Assembly: GCA_963725865.1 (NCBI GenBank)
Contig: CAVSAC010000005.1
Location: 1-24,059 of the forward strand
DNA from: Candidatus Eiseniibacteriota bacterium
GTDB lineage: Bacteria > Eisenbacteria > RBG-16-71-46
Length of the DNA stretch: 24,059 bases
Reading direction: 5' to 3'
Shown here: positions 20,857-24,059 of the stretch, in pieces
Position numbering within the stretch: position 1 is the first letter of the stretch
How the letters are laid out: each line of letters begins with the position of its first letter
The notes under the pieces: generated by a model
The model's input: the letters and a program-made list of their open reading frames with translations, nothing else
Database searches by the model: none
Told to the model about the DNA's origin: nothing
Translations under genes and position numbers: made by a program

Positions 20857-22779
20857 ATGACTCGACACATCGTTCTCGCGGTCCACGGAACCGAGGACGT
20901 ACCTCGCCGGGATGCCATTCACTGGACCGATTCCGGTGAAGGCTCCGGGACCTTCGCGGCACGACTGCGGCAGGAGCTCTTGCGGCTCCTGGAACCCGGA
21001 CCAGACACACGGATCGAGGTGCAGGCATTCGTGTGGGACGGGAAGAACGAACACGAATCACGACGGGCCGCGGGCCGTGCGTTGGCCGAGCGGATCCTGA
21101 GCCTCCTGGACGAGGATCCACAGGCGAGAGTCCATGTCGTTGCACACAGTCATGGCGGGAATGCTCTGCTGGCCGCCTATCAGGCGTACCTGGCGACGCT
21201 GCACGAAGCGGGGTGGCGCGCCTGCCGTGATGTCTTCGAGAGGATCCGGGACAGAGGCCTCAGCGCGAAGGACGCCATTGACGAAGCGCTGGCGGCCCAT
21301 GGGGGCCTGGGTGCCGACCGATGTCCGTTGATGACCGCGGATTCGCTCGTCAAGACCCTCGAAGGGCTGCTGAGGGGCAATGAGGACCTCCTCGACCGAA
21401 CAGACTACGACTACGAGACCGGAAATCGCTACGAGACGAAGATCCTGTCGGAGTTCTCCGCGCTCGGCTATGCGCGAGACCCGGATCGCGGGACGCTGCT
21501 CCACCATCGAGGCGGAATGAGCACCGCCTTCGTGCTCCAGTGGATGCGCTCGTGGTGTCGGTCCTCGTGGACGAACCGCCTTGGCGCACTCGTGTTCATG
21601 GGTACTCCATTCCTGATCAAGAGGTGGTCGCAGCCCCGAACCACTTCGGGGCGAGTTCTTTCCCGGCTCGGGCGATTCTCGTCGTCATTCCTCGTCGTGG
21701 GGGGTTGGTTGACCGCACTGGGTTGCCTCATCGGAGGGGTCGTCGGGGTTCTGCGCCAGGATGTACAGGTCCTCGACGGCGTACTTCCGTGGCGGTGGCA
21801 TCCCGCCTTCTGGTTGCTCGCCGGGGTTCCCGCAGTCGGACTCTCGTGGTTGGGCTCACGTCTCGAACCGACCGACGTGAATCTCTATTTCTCACGGCGC
21901 GTCGCGTCCTTGGATGTTGGGAACATCTTCCCGGGAGAGCGCTGGTGGCGCCGATACGAAGCTTCCTGGGCTACGAATCGAGCATTGGTCGTGTGCAGCG
22001 AGTACCTCGACGAAGCGATGTTGATGCTGAAGTCAGAGCCGCTGCATGCGCTCGCACCTGGGCGAGCGGGTCGCGCGGCTCTTCCGGGCGGACTGGCGTG
22101 CGCGTCCTCCGACGACCTGGGCGGATGAAGCCGGCGACTGGTCGCAGCATGGCGCCCTCCTCGTTCGCCGCGTCGTCCAGGCGGCCAGCGTCGCCTTCTC
22201 GAGCGCACTCCATCTCGCGACCTGGCGCGTCGCCGAGTCGATCACGATGCGGATCCTGAGCAAGGTCATCTTCGGACAGTTGTTGGGAGTCGGTGCGGAA
22301 GATCTCCAGGGCGCCCAGATCGAGGTGTCGCGCATGCCCGGCATCCCGTATCTGGAGGCGACATGTGTCGAGACCTCCGGCCAGTTCAGCGTCGACGACC
22401 ACGCGATGGGAAGGACCGCCGGCCGGGCGGAGCGGTACGAATTCCTGCGCGACCCCGAGGCCCTGCGGAGGCGAGCGGCGGAATCCGATGTCGTCCAAGG
22501 ATGCGTCGGGACGCTCGGCGCGGTCCTGGCGGAGTGATCTTCGGCGAAGGACTCGAGGAGGAGGAGCGGGATCGCCTGGCCCTGGCCTTCGAAGAGAAGG
22601 CCCGCGAGCTCCGCGGGGTGGTGTCGCTGGAGCATGGCCGGTATCTGGAAGACGAGGTGGTCGTCGCGACCGTCGCGCAGTTCATCTCGGAGGATGAACC
22701 CGCACGCCGCACGCTTCACGAGGTCGATCCTCTGGAGGTGCGAGAGACCTGGGGTGGCGGGTGGCGATCGAGGGGCTAG
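20857..22779 (+). CDS. Membrane-anchored alpha/beta-hydrolase (lipase/esterase-like) of atypical composition; frameshifts near 22050 and 22535
   Basis: VLAVHGT, nucleophile elbow HVVAHSHGGN, LVFMGTPF, two hydrophobic helices and C-terminal SLEHGRY (candidate catalytic His). Visibly more A/T-ending codons than the flanking genes. Confidence 0.75.
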
Positions 22780-22809
22780 CCACCGCTCTCGGAGCCCGCC
22801 TGCGCGCAG

Positions 22810-22875
22810 GCGCGGACGGGCGGCCCGCCGCGAGGCAGGCCGCCCGTCGTGCGTCGGTGCGCGCTTCGGCTACGG
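22810..22875. repeat. 66-bp direct repeat, right copy (stop codon and terminator-like hairpin of the minus-strand lipoprotein gene)
   Basis: Hairpin GACGGGCGGCC...GGCCGCCCGTC plus CTTCGGCTACGG, whose CTA (22870-22872) is the TAG stop of the adjacent gene. Confidence 0.95.
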
Positions 22876-23826
22876 CATGAACTCCGCCAGCAGTGACGGC
22901 TTCACCTGGTAGGGCAGCACCCAGGCCTGCGAGCTGTAGGGCGCGGTGTCGTCGAACAGCGTGCCGTGCGCCAGGGCGTTCACTCCCACGTGGCCGAGGC
23001 CGCCCATCATCGGAAGGTGGAACACGCCGGTGTGGGTGCCGTCGCCGTTGTCCTTGAAGCGGAACTTCAGGCCGCCCCACATCAGCACCACCACGTCGTC
23101 CCTTGCGCGGGTGGTCGCGGTCAGTGTCACCGCGTCCCCGGCGTCGAACTTCAGCACGCCGCGCAGCCGGAACAGCGCCAGCGGATCATCGATCGTGGTG
23201 TCCACGTCGGTCGCCTGCACGCGCAGGCTGAGGATGTGCGTGGGCCCGAACACCGGGGCGGACCGGCTCGAGCGCGGGTCGAAGGAGGTCACCTTCACAC
23301 CCGAGGTGGCGGCGACGCGCCATGCCGTCCGGTCGGAGTCGCCGAGCCGGACGCGCTTGAGCAGCAGGTGGCGCACCCACAGGTCGGCGAGGGGCTTGTG
23401 CACGACGCTGGCGGTGTCGGACCCGGTCGAGTCCGGCGCGCCGGCGGCGAGGATGTTGAAGCGTCCGGCCAGGTACTTGTACACCGTGACCCCGCGCGGT
23501 GGTGGGCCGGCCACTGGTGTCGGTATCGGCGAACGCGAACTCGAAATGGCGGTCCACGTCGGTGATCACGCGCCAGTAGAACAGCGGATGGATCGCGGCC
23601 AGCGCGCCGCCGGACCGCCGCCGATCGAGATCTGCGATGGGTCCTCGGTCACGCCGTCCTCGATCAGCCCCGGGGTCTGCGAGAGCGTGGCCGTGACCGC
23701 CGCCTCCTCGAGGCTGGACGAGCTGTTCGACGAGACTGGATCCATCAGCGTCGACTTCTTGCCGCAGCCGGCCAGCGCGCCGGCCGCCAGCACCAGCGCG
23801 AGGCCGACGGTGAGTGTTGCTCTCAT
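22870..23826 (-). CDS. Hypothetical lipoprotein (frameshifted)
   Basis: AAGGAGG before MRATLTVGLALVLAAGALAG-C; the coding frame continues through 22870..23514. Confidence 0.75.
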
Positions 23827-24059
23827 GGCATTCCTCCTTCGCCCGGCGCGTGGCGCGGGCCGTGAGCAGATCGACGCGGGCTTGGGTGACGCCTACTCTT
23901 CGCAGCGCCCGTGCCATCCACCCCGGCGGCTCAATCCGTTGCGGCGCAACGGGCGTCGCGCATCGCCCGCTCCCTGGGGTGTACGCGCCGGTGCACCGAG
24001 GGCTCCGCTGGCGGACGGCGTGGGGCACCTGGCGCGGGGGGTGAAGGTGCCGTCCTGCC

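Overview
Very GC-rich bacterial chromosomal DNA. The organism is probably a diderm (beta-barrel OMP, lipoproteins), and the contig is probably an unpolished long-read assembly, because most long genes carry 1-bp indels and the ORF track splits them. Gene order: groEL 3' end > GH144/glucoamylase-family glycoside hydrolase > efp (TPGNLRG loop) > HD hydrolase > structured non-coding region < atypical rho lacking its RNA-binding domain < small secreted remnant < PduO-type adenosyltransferase | ~900-aa GreA fusion > structured non-coding region > B3/4 editing-domain protein > OMP > lipoprotein | < Gln-dependent nadE < structured non-coding region < DHA2 MFS < ABC-2 permease < ABC ATPase | sigma54-type promoter > Ig/YCF48-like lipoprotein > NYN protein > 2.2-kb atypical insert with an alpha/beta-hydrolase, bounded by 66-bp direct repeats < lipoprotein. 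The most interesting points are (1) a Rho ATPase whose OB-fold primary RNA-binding domain is replaced by an Arg/Gly/Pro/Gln-rich disordered segment, lying next to a ~260-nt multi-hairpin candidate ncRNA; (2) two more ~230-nt candidate ncRNAs with their own promoter-like signals that match no family I recognise; and (3) an integrase-free insertion that duplicates a gene 3' end and its terminator. All calls come from reading the sequence by eye; no searches were run.
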